NCBI RefSeq assembly: GCF_036321535.1
Contig: NC_087436.1
Span: forward strand, 67,458,001 to 67,522,000
Direction: 5' to 3'
Length of the DNA stretch: 64,000 bases
Origin: Camelus dromedarius
Lineage: Eukaryota
Shown: positions 37,706 to 52,111 of the stretch, piece after piece
Layout of the letters: each line of letters opens with the position of its first letter
How positions within the stretch are numbered: the stretch's first letter is position 1
Translations under genes and position numbers: made by a program
The notes under the pieces: model-generated
What the model saw: only the letters and a program-made list of their open reading frames with translations
Told to the model about the DNA's origin: nothing
Database searches by the model: none

Positions 37706-38612
37706 TAGAGTTACAGTATTTATGTATAATTCTTTTTTATCCATTAATAACACCATTTTACATAGTTACCTAGGCCATTTTTTTACCCCACCCTTTCAGT
37801 GAGTTTATATTAGATATTTCTGTTAATTTATTTTTAAGAGAGCAAGTTAGTCTCTAGTTTAACTTCTTTGTACTTTAGACATAATCAACATCATAAAATC
37901 AATCTCTTTTATGTTTCATGTTATTTCATAACTCCTTCAATTCTGTGAAATGTGTAATTCACTAATTCAAAAAAAGGTAAAAATATAAATAAAACATATC
38001 CCTGTATGATGCAAGATGAGTTGATAATTAGATAAATGAAAATGGTTATCTCAATCAGAGATTTGGTGAAGAAATTGAAGACTAGTAGCCACTCTATTCT
38101 ACAATAATCTGTTTTTCTTTCAACCAAGCCCTAAGGGAAACTAGATTAAAGATGTGATTTAAGAACTCTGAAGTGTAGAATCTTCACCCTAAATCTTAAC
38201 TCTAAAGTTAACTTTAGAGGTATTTGTTCAGATAAGAATCTTATCTGGTAGTAAATCCATTTTATAGTAAAGTAAACATTTAAGAGAAACTTTTGTTAAA
38301 CTATTTGTTTATCGCTACTAATACAGCAATAAAAGGATCACCTCTCAGTAGGAATGTCATTACAGTGGTATAAATGATCATTTCAGGGAAAAAAATGTAT
38401 GCCTTATTTAGTCTTCATGTCTGGATCAGGAAAAGCAGCAAGAGCCATTTTGAGATTGAGAAATTGTTATTTTTTAAGTTGAGATACTTCAACATATAAC
38501 ATTGTGTAAGTTTAAAGTGCACAGTATGTGGTTACTCGGGGCCGGGGGTAGAGGAATTGGGGGAAGTTTAGGAACACAAACTTATAAATAGTAAAGAAAT
38601 TATCATTTTTCA

Positions 38613-39166
38613 TTGTAGTAGGAAGAATATTAAGGTGTCCTTGAAGATTTTCCATCCCTGCCTGGTATACAGTCCATTGTGTAATCTCCAGGAAAGTGAG
38701 TTTGTATAATCGATCTCACTACCATGATTAAGTTGTGTTATATGGCCCAGTTGGCCTTTTAGATTGTATGGGGAGGACTGACCTAATCTCAAAAGGCCTT
38801 TAAAAACAAAGAGCTTCCTCCAGCTAGCAGCAGCAGAAGTCAGAGATTTGAAACACGTGAAAGATCTGATTGACCATTAGTGTTTAGATGGTGAAGTACC
38901 ATGTAGCAAGGACCTAGGGACCTCTGTTTTATAATCACAAGGAACTGAATTCTGCCAACAATGGAAGTGGATTTTTTTCCCCATAACCTGCACCTAAGAA
39001 CATAGCCCAGTTGACTCTAATATTTCACCCTTGTGAGACTCACAGCAGAGAATTCCACCATACCATGCTGGAATTCTCACCTACAGTCTTCTGAGCTAAT
39101 AGAGGGGTGTTATTTTTAGTTCTTATGTTTTTGTAATTTGTTATGCAGAAATGTAAGTCTAATACA
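38613..39166 (+). mobile_element. MLT1 solo LTR (MLT1D/E-like)
   Basis: tgtagtaggaagaat...cacaaggaactgaattctgccaacaa...gtaatttgttatgcag...ctaataca. Confidence 0.85.
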
Positions 39167-39999
39167 TACATAGTATGAAAACAAATACCCAAGGTAATTT
39201 TAACATCTGAGATAATTTTATAACCATGCTGGAAATCTTAGAATACCACACAAATTAAAAATCTGTTGTTTTCGCTTTTAAAAATTGATAAACCTTAAAA
39301 TCTGAAGGTAGATGGATTTATCCGAGAATATGCAATTAATCATATTAGGTCAAAGAAGATTACATGATTGGACTACTCTTAAAGTGCACTCTAACCAATG
39401 TAACATATCATGATACATATCACATTGCAGGGAATATATTTATCTTATATATATTCAGTTTTCCCACTTCTATAATCACATTGCTAAAATTTAGAGAACA
39501 TGACTTCAAATAATTCATGATTTCTCCAAAATGAGTTCTAGAACTAATACGTTGACAGGTTTTATTTAAGTTATTTTTCTATAAAGTCATTGGCTTTCAA
39601 TAATTAAAATCATTTATTCTGTAGCTGGAAGCCAATGCACTATAAAGTGCTTTGAAATAAAAATAAATATTTGAGCACCTACTTTACAATGAAAATAATC
39701 TAGAATGATTATTTTTATCACATATTAAATTTGGAGTCATAAGAAGTTACAGCTTAAACTTGTTTTAAAAATTTTACCATTTGTGTCACAACTCAATTCT
39801 CTGTTTCTCTTAAATAAAAGTAAATCTCCAACCTAAAAAGGGGAATTTTAGGACTGAGTATAATGGCGAAATAAATGTTATGCCATAAAATAGTAACATG
39901 AAAATTCCATTTTAATTTTGTTGGGTATTTTTATCTAATTACCAAGTACTGTCACTATACTTAAATGATTTTAAATGCTTAATATAGCATTATAAGTTC

Positions 40000-40540
40000 T
40001 TATGGTGGTTCATGTTTTCATATGTGGTCACAACAAAATTTTCTATTTCACATATTATGTTACAATGTAATTTTGCCATTTCTCTGTCCAGAGTTATGAT
40101 CTGTTTTTCAGCCCCTTTAATCTGGGCTGGCCCTGTGACTGCTTTGACCAGTAGAATGTGGCATAAGTGATGTTCTTGGTGCCTGGTAGATTCTGCTTCT
40201 GTGCTCTGGGGGAATTCAGCCACTATGTCACAATTTCAACTTTCTTTGAGACCACCATACTTTAAGGAAGGCCAACTAGCAATGAATGGAACTGTGTGGA
40301 AATAAGAGATTCATGACCAGCCTCTAGTTACATTAGCCATCTGATCAGAGATGTTGAACACAAGAATCAAAAAGCCATTTTGGACAGTCCAGCACTCACA
40401 GAAGCCTTGTGGAGCAGCCATTCTCATGGATATGTGTCATTTCCTCCAATCTTTTCCTCCATTGCAGAATTGTGCACAATAACTTACTGTCCTGGCTTTG
40501 AGTCACTAAATTTTGATGCATAAAAGCATCAGTAGCTACA
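40000..40540 (+). mobile_element. MLT1 solo LTR (MLT1F/G/H-like)
   Basis: aatctgggctggccctgtgactgctttgaccagtagaatgtggc...gagaccaccatac...gagtcactaaattttg. Confidence 0.8.
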
Positions 40541-40569
40541 AACTCTGCCTTACTCCTTCTGTTCTCTTG

Positions 40570-42470
40570 ATGAAATCCTCATGCTCTTATTTAAGCAAAC
40601 TTCCTGCTTGTAACTATTAGCCATCTCCACTTACCAAATGAGGGATTTATCTCCATTTTCTCCACCTTTTTACACCATCACAAATTTTCCTACTCTATTA
40701 GATAATTCTTAGTAGCATGTAAATATACTACTTATATTTATCTCATTATCTTAAAACAGTAAAATAAATTCTCTTGATACCATATTTTTCTCCAGCTACT
40801 ACTCCTTTTTTTGTCCCATCTATAGAACGACCATTTAAAAGAGTTATCTGTACATGAGATAGCATTCATATCCTACCATGTTCCAGTCCCATCCAACCAG
40901 ACTTTCAAATGTTTGTCCCTAAAAATGCCCTTGGGAAGATCACCAGTGCTCTTCATGTTGCTAAATCAAGTGAACAATTTTTAGTCCTCATCTTACTTGA
41001 CTAACCTTAGCATTTATACACTTGATTATTCCCTCTTCCTTTGTTTTCAGGGTACTACATCCTTCTAGTTTTGCTCACCCCAGCATCCTTATCTTCCCCC
41101 TTGTCTTATCTCTAACTTTTGAAGTTGACATATTCAGGACTGAGACTTTGAACCTACTATTCTATATCTACATCTGTTTCCTTGGAGATGTATAGACTCA
41201 TATGTTTAAATCACTGGTTCAGACCTGTTCTTTGAATCCTAAACCTGATTATTCATCTTCCTACTTGCCATATATTATTCAGTATTCAATAGATGTCTGA
41301 AACTCAACATGTCCAAACACAAAGACTTTTCTCTGCAAATCTGCTGCTCTCATGGTTTTCCAGTTTGAGTTAATGGCAATTCCATTCTTTTTTTTTTTTT
41401 TTTTGACAAAACTTTTTCTCATTATCCTTTACTTCTCTCTCTCTCTTTTTTTTTTAATAGTCAGTCCATCAGGAAAGCCTATTAGCTCTACTTCTCACCA
41501 CCTTCAAATGGTCCAAGCCACTCATCTCCTCTCTAGACTGAATTAGTTCAGCTTTCTCCTAACTAGTCTTGGTTTCTCTACGTGGATCCCTAATGGCTAT
41601 TCTACACCCAACACTTAGCATGAATATTAAAAAGTCACTTTATATTCCTTTTTTTCAAAACTCTCCAATATTTTCCCTTTTTCACTCATAAATAAAACCA
41701 AAGAGCTTATAATGGCTTCTAAGGCCCTGCAGGTTTTGTCCCCGCATTACTTTGCTGACAAATCCTACGACCTCCTCCCTGGCTTACACTGCTGTAGCCG
41801 TACTGGCTCCTTGCTGGTCCTCAACAAGCCACATACTCTCTCCATCTTGGAACCCTTGATCTTATTATTTCTTTGGCTTAGATTGATTTTCCTCTTGTTT
41901 TCCATAGTGAAAAAAATGTAAGGGTGGTGTGAGTCATCCAAGGTAGGGGGTGAAGAAAAGGACTCTCCCTCAGGCCCAGACTAGAGGTGCAGAAGCCCAT
42001 TCATCCTTCCCTGGGCATGTGGCTGGTCTTCTGTGGACAGGCTCCCTTTCAGTCTACATCTCCTTCAACTCTCTTCCTTTTAGAGAGGCAAACCCAGTTG
42101 CTTTATCAACACTGGGTTTCTTTCTCTTCCTGGAACTCACAAAATATGTTCTAGGTTTAAGGTTTTACCACTTGCTGAAATCTTCTGCCAGAATCCCTCT
42201 TCAACCATTATTATTCTATAATTCATTCCTTCTTGGTATTGAATTATTAATGTAAGTGCCATGTTCTCCAAAGGACTTCTTGCTGCCTGATATTTTTAAA
42301 ATTTATTTATTAGTCTATTTGTGTGTGGCTGCCACCACTAGAATACAAGCTCTAAGAGAGCAGTGGACTTCCTCTTGTTCTTCCTATTGTATCTGCAAAG
42401 GATATAAGAGTATTGGACACACAGTAGGGACTCACTAAATAGTTCCTGAGTAGTGCAATAGATGAGGGAG
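40570..42470 (+). mobile_element. L2 LINE 3' region
   Basis: catgttgctaaatcaagtgaacaatttttagtcctcatcttacttgac, aactcaacatgtccaaac, and an L2-type 3' end acacagtagggactcactaaatag. Confidence 0.8.
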
Positions 42471-45059
42471 TGCCTCAATTAATGTAGAAAACCCTGGACA
42501 CCTCTTTATAGCAGAGACACTTCTCCTAGAATTTCAAGTTAGAAAAACAAATGTGCCCAAGTGTCCTCCTTGTGGACATCTTAGGAACTGAAAAAAGGTT
42601 CCTCTGACAAGAATAACACAGTGTGTGGGAAAGGTCACATTATGTGGGGAAAAAGGAGCTTGATGGGCTTGATGACACCAGATGCAACACAAGAACCTGA
42701 ATGTGTACGAGGTAATGTTTCTTCGTAAGGCCTGTGTTAAGAATGGAAGCCTCTCTAGCTAGTGCTCCAGCAATCTTCCTTCAAAAAATGTTCTGCATGT
42801 AAGATCATGAACAAAAATTAGATGTAATCCTTAGGCTGAAGGGTGGAGTCAAGTGGTGTCTAACCATGGACGTCAACCAGCCAGGGAATACTTCCTACAC
42901 TGGACAAGCATCTGCTGCAGTATACGCAATCAATGCCCATTGGCAACTCCTTGTGACAATGACCAATGTTGAGACTGACTGTAGTTATCACTCTGCCTGA
43001 TACATTGAAAACATCACTGAATATTTTGGATTGACTAAGCCACGCTTATAGCTATTAAATGATTCCAGGCAAGGGTAGTCACAAGAGAAAAATAATGGAT
43101 TTCCTGCTAATACAGTCAGAACAAGGGCAATGTGATTAAGTGGAATAATAAGGCCGTTTTTGCATCCTTAACTACTTAGGTTTTTCTAGTTACATATAAG
43201 ATAGAATACTATACAGGTATTACAAAGTTTTTAAAAAGTATTTCATAAAATTGGAAAATATTTAAATATAATGCTAAGCAAAAATATTCAGATTTCAGTC
43301 ATAAAAACGCTCTGATCACACAGATACACTGTTAAAACTCATTAAAATTGTGTTTTTTGGTTGATGGTATGTGATATTGAAGGTGTGTTTTTTTTTTTTT
43401 TTAATATGTTTCTATATTTTCCAGTTCAGGCAATACAAATACATTACTCATTAATCAGGTGAATACTTTCAAAATGAAAAAAGTGTATTTTAGAAACTAC
43501 TATTTTTATACTTTATAACAGCCCAGCCTTCCAACTACACAGACTCAGTTTTCCTGAGAATTCAAAGAAATAAACACAGATCACATTTTTTAAATTACAT
43601 ATTCTTAGTGATTTCTCAGATCTTACTTTCATGATAATTTTTATTTAAATTCATGTGATCAGTCCTTCGGAATTTATCTCACGGTATATTTTAAATTTTA
43701 TTCCATAATCACATGAAATTTGGAAATAAAGCATTCTTCAAGTTTGTTTGCTATCCTATCATCTCACGAGGACAGCCATTCATAGATTAGCAGGCATAGT
43801 ATGCAAGAAAATTTCTGAATTACTGACATGACAGACTCATGCAATAGTAGCTTTTATAGTGTGAAGGGTTTTTTTAATTTTTTACTCTGATGGATCTGAT
43901 TTTCTTAATACACTCATAATTTTGGTGAGAGGGGAGGTTTACAACTTAAAAAATATTTATTTGTACCCACCTTTTCTCCATGCTACCATCCTGTGGTTTT
44001 GAAGTTAAAAAGAGTTGTATTAATCCCTCCCCTCATTTTAACCCGTTTACTTTCGGTTTAAACTCAAGGCTAAATTTTGGCTTAAGATTCATTGAATCAT
44101 TGCCTATAAATAGGTTTGATATTACAACATTTACCATTTTAGGTATTAATAATGACCAGTAAACCTATTTTATTTCTCAAAATATCAAGTGTTCTCAAAC
44201 TTGATAGTAAACCCAATTAACAACAGTATTCTTCTCAGAACACAATAAAAGTCACCACTATGAAAGGCAGTCAGCACTATGAAAGGAATTCTGGGATATT
44301 ACTTAGAGCACCAGGAAGAGAGTCTAGTTTTCTTGCCAAGTGTTGCTGTGCAATATACAGACAGAGTATGGTACAGTGTGTCTCAAACTTTTTTTTAAAA
44401 AAAGAAAATATTCCAAAGTGGAAGAATAGTAGGAAACAATATCACAAGAACTTCTTATAATGTAGATTCCACTTTTGTTTTAAATGCTTATTCAAATTTT
44501 TGGTGTTCCAATATTCATAAAAATCTAAGTATTTACATTTTGATATATAAAAGAAAGAAAAATGTAATACCTGTCTTATTGTTTAGTGAGTATACATTAT
44601 GCTCATCATCTTAAGGGAAAAATGAGAAAATTAAAGAGAACTGACTCAACACTGGTTTCATTATTTTATAAATTTGTTTTCTGATTTGGTGAAATAATAA
44701 TTGAGGATGACAAGTACACATTAACATATATGAATACCAATCAGGGAAGGGTCTTTATGAATTATGAAAGGCAAATAATTATGTTATCTAGAATGATGGT
44801 AAAAGTAAAGTTTGATTCAACATTTTAAAACAAATTGAACATTTTGACAAGCATATTTTCTTGAGAGTTTGTCAGTCTCTCAACAAGTTTGCATTTTATT
44901 TGACCGTAAACATAAAAATCAAATATCACCATAATAAATTTTATACAACTACTATTTCTATTGCAGCAAAAATGTCATAAGACAGGAAAAGAAGCAAATC
45001 AACCAAACAAAAGTCAAAATCTTTAAAGAGTTTGCCTTTCCTTTTGATGATGAAAAAAT

Positions 45060-45420
45060 ATTTATTTATATAATCAGTACATGCCAAGTATGTTTTAGGG
45101 CACTTTGCTAAGCACTGGCAACTTACCAGGAACAAAACAGATACTTCCTCTGCTGCTCTGAAGCTACATTCCAATAGAGGAACAAGATATTAAGTAAATA
45201 CTCATACAAATAATGTATAATTAAAATTCTGCTGATAGTTCCATGATAAACATAGAAAACTATGAAACTGTGTTGCAGGAGCCCTAGCCCTGAAAGGGGC
45301 AAGAGTGAGGAAAGCATCCCTGGGAAAGTGAAGTCTTACCGAGGATGAAGTAACAAGTGGGATTAACTCAGGTAAGTGAGTTACTTTTGAAAAGTGGAGG
45401 GAGATAGCATTTAAGGCATG
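45060..45420 (-). mobile_element. L2 fragment
   Basis: gggcactttgctaagcactgg...gatacttcctctgctgctctgaagctacattccaatagagg. Confidence 0.55.
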
Positions 45421-45695
45421 ATGTCTTTTCCTAGAAGAGTGTGCCTTCTGAGCCACTCTTCAACATTACAATTAGGGATGAATCAGTTTGCCCTACTGAA
45501 GTTTTCTATCATTGATTGTATTGTGTGTGTTATTTCTGTGAAGACAAGTCCCAAGTGAACACTGTTATGAAAAACGTCTAGCAGCATTTCCAGATAAATC
45601 AGTACTTATCTATAAAGGAAAGCAAACCTTCAAGGTCACTTTACCTTAATTACGAATTTCCACCAAATAAAAAGTACTTAGTTTTGTCTTGATAC

Positions 45696-46250
45696 TGTGA
45701 TACTGTAATTTATAATAAAAATATATATATTTGGTCTTATTCCCATTCCTTGCACAGAGCTCCTAAAACTTGAAATTTCCTAAGTGATAAGTGAGATAAA
45801 GATGAAAGGAGTGATTTTTATTATTCACAACAAGCCCCTTTCAGTCAAGACCTGAGTTGATGTTGTTGAGGTGACTTCTAGAAAGCCCCTAAGTACGAGG
45901 AGCTGGTCACCAGGGGAACTAGCTGTGTAGTTAGTAGGTTGGAACTTACAGCCACCACCCCCAACCAGCCTGGGGAAGGGAGAGGTGCTGGAGGTGGAGT
46001 TAAACCACCAGTGACCACTGATTTGATCATCATGCCTATGGAGGCGTGAAGACTACGCAACTTCCCTAAATGGCAGGGTTTGGATTGCTTCTGCATTGGT
46101 GAACACACAGCGGTGCTGGCACACCAAGAAAGGGCATGGAAGCGCCGCACCTCCTTCCAGATACCTTGTTCTATTCCACCTGACTGCTACCGAGTTGTAT
46201 CATCTTATAATAAACAAATAATCCAGTAAAAAAATATATATTTAATTCTG
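45696..46250 (+). mobile_element. MER21-like LTR
   Basis: tgtgatactgtaatttataat...cacagagctcctaaaac...ggggaagggagaggtgctggaggtggagtt...gatttgatcatcatgcctatg. Confidence 0.8.
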
Positions 46251-46959
46251 TCTTGGTACAAGACTGTTACTCTCTATGTACTACATTAAGAAAATAAGAG
46301 GGGAAACATTTGATGTAAGGTGTTCTCAGTGTACAAGCCAATGGTTGCTGAAGCAAGTAGGATTCACAGTGACCCTAGCGTGGCATGATGTCATTCTACT
46401 GACTTATTTAGAACACTTCAGGGCAGTGAATTTTACCTTGGATAATGACCAGAAATTTTCATATGGTCTATAAGGCTCATTTCAGTCTGATAATGCCTTT
46501 CATACTCCTCATTCCACTCTACACCTTGCTCCTTAACATTCAAGTATATTTTACTTTTTTAGTCCCTGAAACATGTCAAGCTTCCTTCATTTGCACTACT
46601 GTACCTGGAAGACAATCTGGAACACAGTAGATAATAAATATTTACTGAATCAGTGAAGAAGTACATGAATGATGTATATTTTTGGTTAACACTCAGGTCT
46701 CTTTAGATTCATTTTCATGGCTCAGATTCTTTCTATATATCCCTATCTCTTACATCAATACTGATGGAGACCAGTCTGTAGTCTCAGTTCATCTATTTGA
46801 ACCAGGTCACTCCTCATAGGTCTAGGGAGTGCTTTTCTTTGAGGCAGTTATCGAATGCTGGTCTCTCAGCTCTGGCCCTGGTGAAGGGATCACATAATTA
46901 AAATTTTGCATCTTCTGTTTAGAAAGCTCTGAGTAAAAAGAGAAATTACATGACCCCCC

Positions 46960-49900
46960 TAGATTTTACAGAATGTTATAAAAATAAAATTACATATTGT
47001 GTTGCCTCTTCAGGCTGGCTCCTTTTACTTTGAAATATGCATTTAAGATTCACCTGTGTTTTTTGTGGCTTGATAGCTCATTTCTTTTTGTTGATGAATA
47101 ATATTCCACTGTATGGATGTACCACATTTTTAAATCATTTTCCTCCTGGAGAACTTTTTGACTACTTGTAGTGTGTGGAGATTATGAATAAAACTGTTAT
47201 TCTCATACAGGTTTATGTGTAGACATAAGTTTTTTAATCAGTTTAGCAAATTACAGTTTCTTTTCTTGTAATGTCTTTATCCAGCTTTGGTATCAGAGTA
47301 ATACTTGCCTCGTAAAGTGATTTGGGAATTTTTCTCTTTTCTGTTCTCTGAAAGAAATTATATAGAATTGGTAAAATGTTTGGTAGAATTCACCAGTGAA
47401 CCATCTGGTTATATTTCCTCCTTTGTGAGATTTACATCTACTAATTCATTTTATTTAATAGATAGAGGGTTATTCAGGTTATCTATTTCTCCTTGAGTGA
47501 GTTTTGATAGACTGTGTCTTTTAATTAAATGGTCTGTTTCATGAAAGTTACCAAATTGCTGTACAAAGTTGTTAATAATACCCCCTAAGTTGAGGGGATG
47601 AATAGTTATATTCCCTTTTTTCATGGCTGATATTGATAATTTGTGTCTTCATTCTCTTAAGGCTGGGTAAAAGTTTGTCAGTTCTGTTTACCTAATTTAA
47701 ATATTTCCCTTTGTCTTCTGCTGTAGGTTTAATTTACCTATTTTATATGCTTTCTTAAGGTGGAAGTTTAGGTTATTGATTTTTACCTTCTTTTCTAATG
47801 TGTACATTCAAATATAAATTTATCTAAGCTCTGCTTTCACTGGATCCCAAACATTTTGATAAGTTATATTTTTAATTTAAATATTTCAAATGATCTTTAA
47901 TTTTATTTAATTTCTCTCTTCTTTGTTCTATGATTTATTTTGTAGTGTGTTTAGTTTCCAAGTATTTGCAATTTCCAAACTATTTTTTGTTATGGATTTA
48001 TACTTGAATTCTGCTCTGGTCTAACAACATATTTTGTATTATTTCTATATGTTTACATTTGTTAAGATGTGTTTTATGGCATTGAGTAAATTGTATTTTG
48101 GCTAATACTTGTGTGAACTTTAAAAAAAATGTGGATTCTGCTGTTGTTGGATGGAGTATTCTATAATGTCAATTAGATCAAGCTGATTGATAGTATTCAT
48201 TGGATCATCTCTATTCTATCCCACATGATCTATCAGTTACTCTAAGGGAATATTGAAGACCAACTCTAAACTGGATTTTTCTATTCTTTCTCTCAGTTAT
48301 ATCAGTTTTGCCTCATGTATTTTTCACTCTGTTGTTAAGTACATAAACATGTAGTAGTACTTTGACTTTTTTGATAACTGACCTTTTTTAAAAAACACTA
48401 TGTAATGCCCTTTTTTATCCCTGATAATGTGAATGAAGTCTCCTTTGTCTGAAATTGATATAACTAGCCCAGCTCTCCTTCACCATTCCTTTATTATAAC
48501 CTATGTGAGCCTTTATAGTTACTGTGGATTTCTTGTAGTTTATAATGGAGTCTTATTTTTTTTAATCCAGTCTGTCAATTTGTCTTTTACCTGTTGTGTT
48601 TAGACCCTTAACATTTGAAATGGTTGTTATAAGTCTGCTGTTTTTGTCCGCTTTTTAGTTGTTGCTTTTGTTTCCTCCTATTTTCTGCATTCTCTGGTTT
48701 TAGTGGAGCATTTTATATGATCTAGTTGTCTCTCCTCTGTTGGAATATCATTAGTAATTCTTAAAATAAACACTTCAGTGATTCTCTATAGTTTATAATT
48801 CTCTATAATTTATAATATACATTTTTAAATAATTTAAATTCATCTTGAAATAACACTGGTATTTAATATGTAGTGCAGTTATCTTATAACAGAGTATTCC
48901 CTGTTCCTTCCTGTTGTTTCTTATGACATTGTTGTCATTAATTTCACATCTCTGTATGCTATAATCACCCCATACATTGTTATACTTACTGCCTACAGTT
49001 ATCATTTAGATCAATTATGAATAAAATATTTACCTTTATTTATTCCTTTGTTGATACTAATTTATTTATTTATATCTTATTTATGACCTATGCACCTATA
49101 TAATAATTTTTCTTTTTCCTGAGGACTTTTTTTTTTTTTTTTTTTTACTTTTTGTGTGTGTGTGTGAATGTGTGTTGGGAGGTTCTACTGGTGATGAATT
49201 CTCTTGGGCTTTGTTTTTCTGAGGAAGCCTTTATCCTTCACTTTTGAAAGATAATTTCACTGGATATAAACTCTAGGTTGGTCGGTTTTAAAATTTTTTC
49301 CTTTCAACATTTAAAGACTTCACTCAACTCCCTTATTATATATATTATTTTTGATAAGAACACTGCTGTTATTCATATTCTTGATCTTGTATTGGTAAAA
49401 TAACCAATCCACTGGCTTCTTCAAGATTTCTACTTTGTCTTTGGTTTATTGCAGTTTGTATATGATTTACCTGAGTGTCTGTGTGTGTATTTTATATTTG
49501 TACTAAATATAGTTCAAATTTTCTGAGCTTCCTGGACCTGTGGCTTGATTTCATTAATTTTAAACAGGATATTGTTGACCTGGGACTTTTTTCACATAAT
49601 TTTAAAATTTCTGTGTTTTAACTAGTTTGTTTAGACTTCATATTTGATGTGATAAAAGTTGAAACATATAGATTAGATTCTTCCACATTTGTAACTGTTT
49701 CATATATTTTGCTTTTTTAAATTCCTTTTTTTCCTCCTTTTCTGCCATTTTTACTTTTATTTTTCTCTTTTGAGTTTCGGTTTTATAAGTTTTTAACTAA
49801 TCTTGAGGTTTACTAATTATTTCCTTGGCTATGTTGAGTCTACCAAATCTGTCAAATAATTTCTTGATTTCTGTTACCATGATTTTTCATTTTCAGCTTT

Positions 49901-51150
49901 TCCTCTTGATTTGTTCTTACAATTTCCATCTCTGTGATAACATTATCTATTTGATATTACATGTATTCTATTTTTCCAATACAACCCTTAGTATATTACT
50001 CATAATTATTTTAAATCCCTTGTCTGATAATTCCAACATCTGTGTCACATCTGAATCTGGTTCTAATGTTTGATTTACCTCTTTGGATTTTTTTTTTTTT
50101 TTTGACTTTTTGCATGCCTTGCAGTGTTTTCTTGAAAGTCTGAAGTGGAGTGTATTGGGAAATAGGTAACAATACAAATAGCTCTCCAATGAGCTGATTT
50201 ATATGAATCTGGATATATAATCTGGATATGTGTTTAATGTTTCTTATAGGTATAGAAGTTTCAAATGCCTCTAGTGTTCTTGTTTGTGTCTCCTCTCTTG
50301 ACTTTCTTGCTTCCCTTTGTATTGCTGCTCCCAGAAACTCTATGTCTTGCAACTCTTACAGCTATAATCCATGATTTTAATACTGTAGGATTGTTGATGT
50401 GGTGGTGCAGTATAGGGGACAAAGAGCTTTCCACAATCTTCTTATTAAATCTTCATCTTTTAGTGAGCCTATGACTTGGGAGTGTGGGCTTTACAAGTAT
50501 TTCAGTCTCTCCTTAAGAATAGTTTTTCCCCTCCTTTCTACATCCTAATCCTTTTCCTAGCTACAATATGCTTAATCTGTTTTCTTGCACTCTTGTCCTG
50601 TGTTGACTCTTGGTTTTCTTTAGGTGATACAATAAGACTGAAACACCCTGAAGTAGGGAAAAATTCCTTTCTCCAGGTTGGAAAAGGTTTCATAATTGTC
50701 ATCTAGCAAATTTCTTGACTCTAGAGATTAAGGCTTTGTTAGAGAGGAGTCTGCGAGGGTTTCACTATTATAAAGCCATGGTCAAGAGAGGGTATTTCTC
50801 AGATCCTCACGTTGAGTGTGGAGATCCCTCAATGACCATAACCTCTCTGGGAATTTCTCAATCTCATACTATTCTGCACTCAGCTTCCAGTAATTCAACA
50901 TAAATATTAAGTGTTCCCAACAGATAAAGGCTGCCAATATCTTCTGTACCTGGTAAACAATTCTTGGGAACTACATATGTCTCTAGATTTTCTAGTCTCT
51001 CCGAATTTCAGAGTGACAGTTTTCCCCCACTGCCTCAGTTCTCTGAGGGATCCAAGAAGAGTTACAGACATTCAGTTTATACAGCATTTTCTTAATGTTT
51101 AATTGGAGTGGAGAGTTTTGTGCCCTCTACATGTTGGAGCTAAAACCAAA
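46960..51150 (-). mobile_element. Old L1M element(s), fragmented, from the 3' region through ORF2/ORF1 to 5'UTR
   Basis: ggtagaattcaccagtgaaccatctgg, ttctgctgttgttggatggagtattcta, ttttgaaagataatttcactggatataa, ctgataattccaacatctgtgtcacatctgaatctgg. Confidence 0.8.
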
Positions 51151-52085
51151 ATTCTTCATGTGTTCATTCTGGGCAAAATGTGTGTGTGGATATAAGCTGA
51201 CAACACCTGTGTTATAGAAGAATTATAACTAGTCATTACCCTGGTCTTCACGAATTATTGCAGGAAGGTACCACAATGGGGGCAATCAGTGAACAGAACA
51301 GTGGCTGCCATAATCTAAGCACTGAGCCTAGTCATCAGGATAGAGCAATGCTATGGGAGGCTTAAAAAAATCAGAAGGCAGAGTTGTCTGTGATCAGCAG
51401 TTTAGAAGATAATACTGAGAAATTCAACAAGAAGAAGTAATGTAGAAGCTAAAAATTCAGGTTAATGCTCAATACTTTTTAAAGAGTTAAAAAATATACA
51501 GTTATAGTTTTGAAGCTTTTTATTCAAATAGACATAGACCACAAAAAATACACCATTTGGAGACAGGTCATTGTAGATGTTTTTTCTTATTTCATAGCAA
51601 AATGCATAATGCTATAGATAGCAGTATTTTATTTATTTAAAGTGTTAACTTTATGATATATATTTAAAATACAAACTTCTAGAAGTTTCTAAGCTCTTTA
51701 TAAGAAATTGTTACCTATCAAAATGAAATAATTCAGGAATATTGATTCTCACACACTAAAATGCACGTTAACATCTTCAGGTCTTCAAATTTTCCTGTGT
51801 GGGATACTTATCGTAATTCTATAAATTATCCAATTAACTTGATTAAAAATACAAGATATTTGGGACTATAGTTCACCTATGTCCTGCTTATCTCTTTCCC
51901 CAAATTGTGGTTTAAATTGCTCTCAGCTAAATAGTCACTAATATTGAATTGAAACAGTATTATTGAAGCAAACCATTTTTAATGAATCTTCTGAAAGAAT
52001 GCACTTTAATAATCCTTTTAGAAAAATATTTGTTTGATTTTCAAAGGAAACAATTGTCAGTGACTGGGAAATAATTAAAAAGTAT

Positions 52086-52111
52086 ACACACACACACACA
52101 CACACACACAC
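52086..52111. repeat. (CA)n microsatellite
   Basis: Direct read. Confidence 0.95.

Larger units (their letters stand above)
34770..37830 (-). mobile_element. L1MC-type 3'UTR hosting nested insertions
   Basis: atccaatccaggataccacgttgca, tgaccttgacacttttgaagagtattggtcaggtattttgt, gaagtgccattctcatcacatca. Resumes after ~37070. Confidence 0.75.

Noticed and set aside
42561..42580. CTCF-like motif (CCACAAGGAGGACAC on minus)
   Set aside because: It has several mismatches to the core consensus and cannot be supported from sequence alone.
42866..43000. 44-aa ORF with a strong Kozak context (accATGG; MDVNQPGNTSYTGQ...)
   Set aside because: No recognisable homology and no promoter or splice support. 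Its length is expected by chance.
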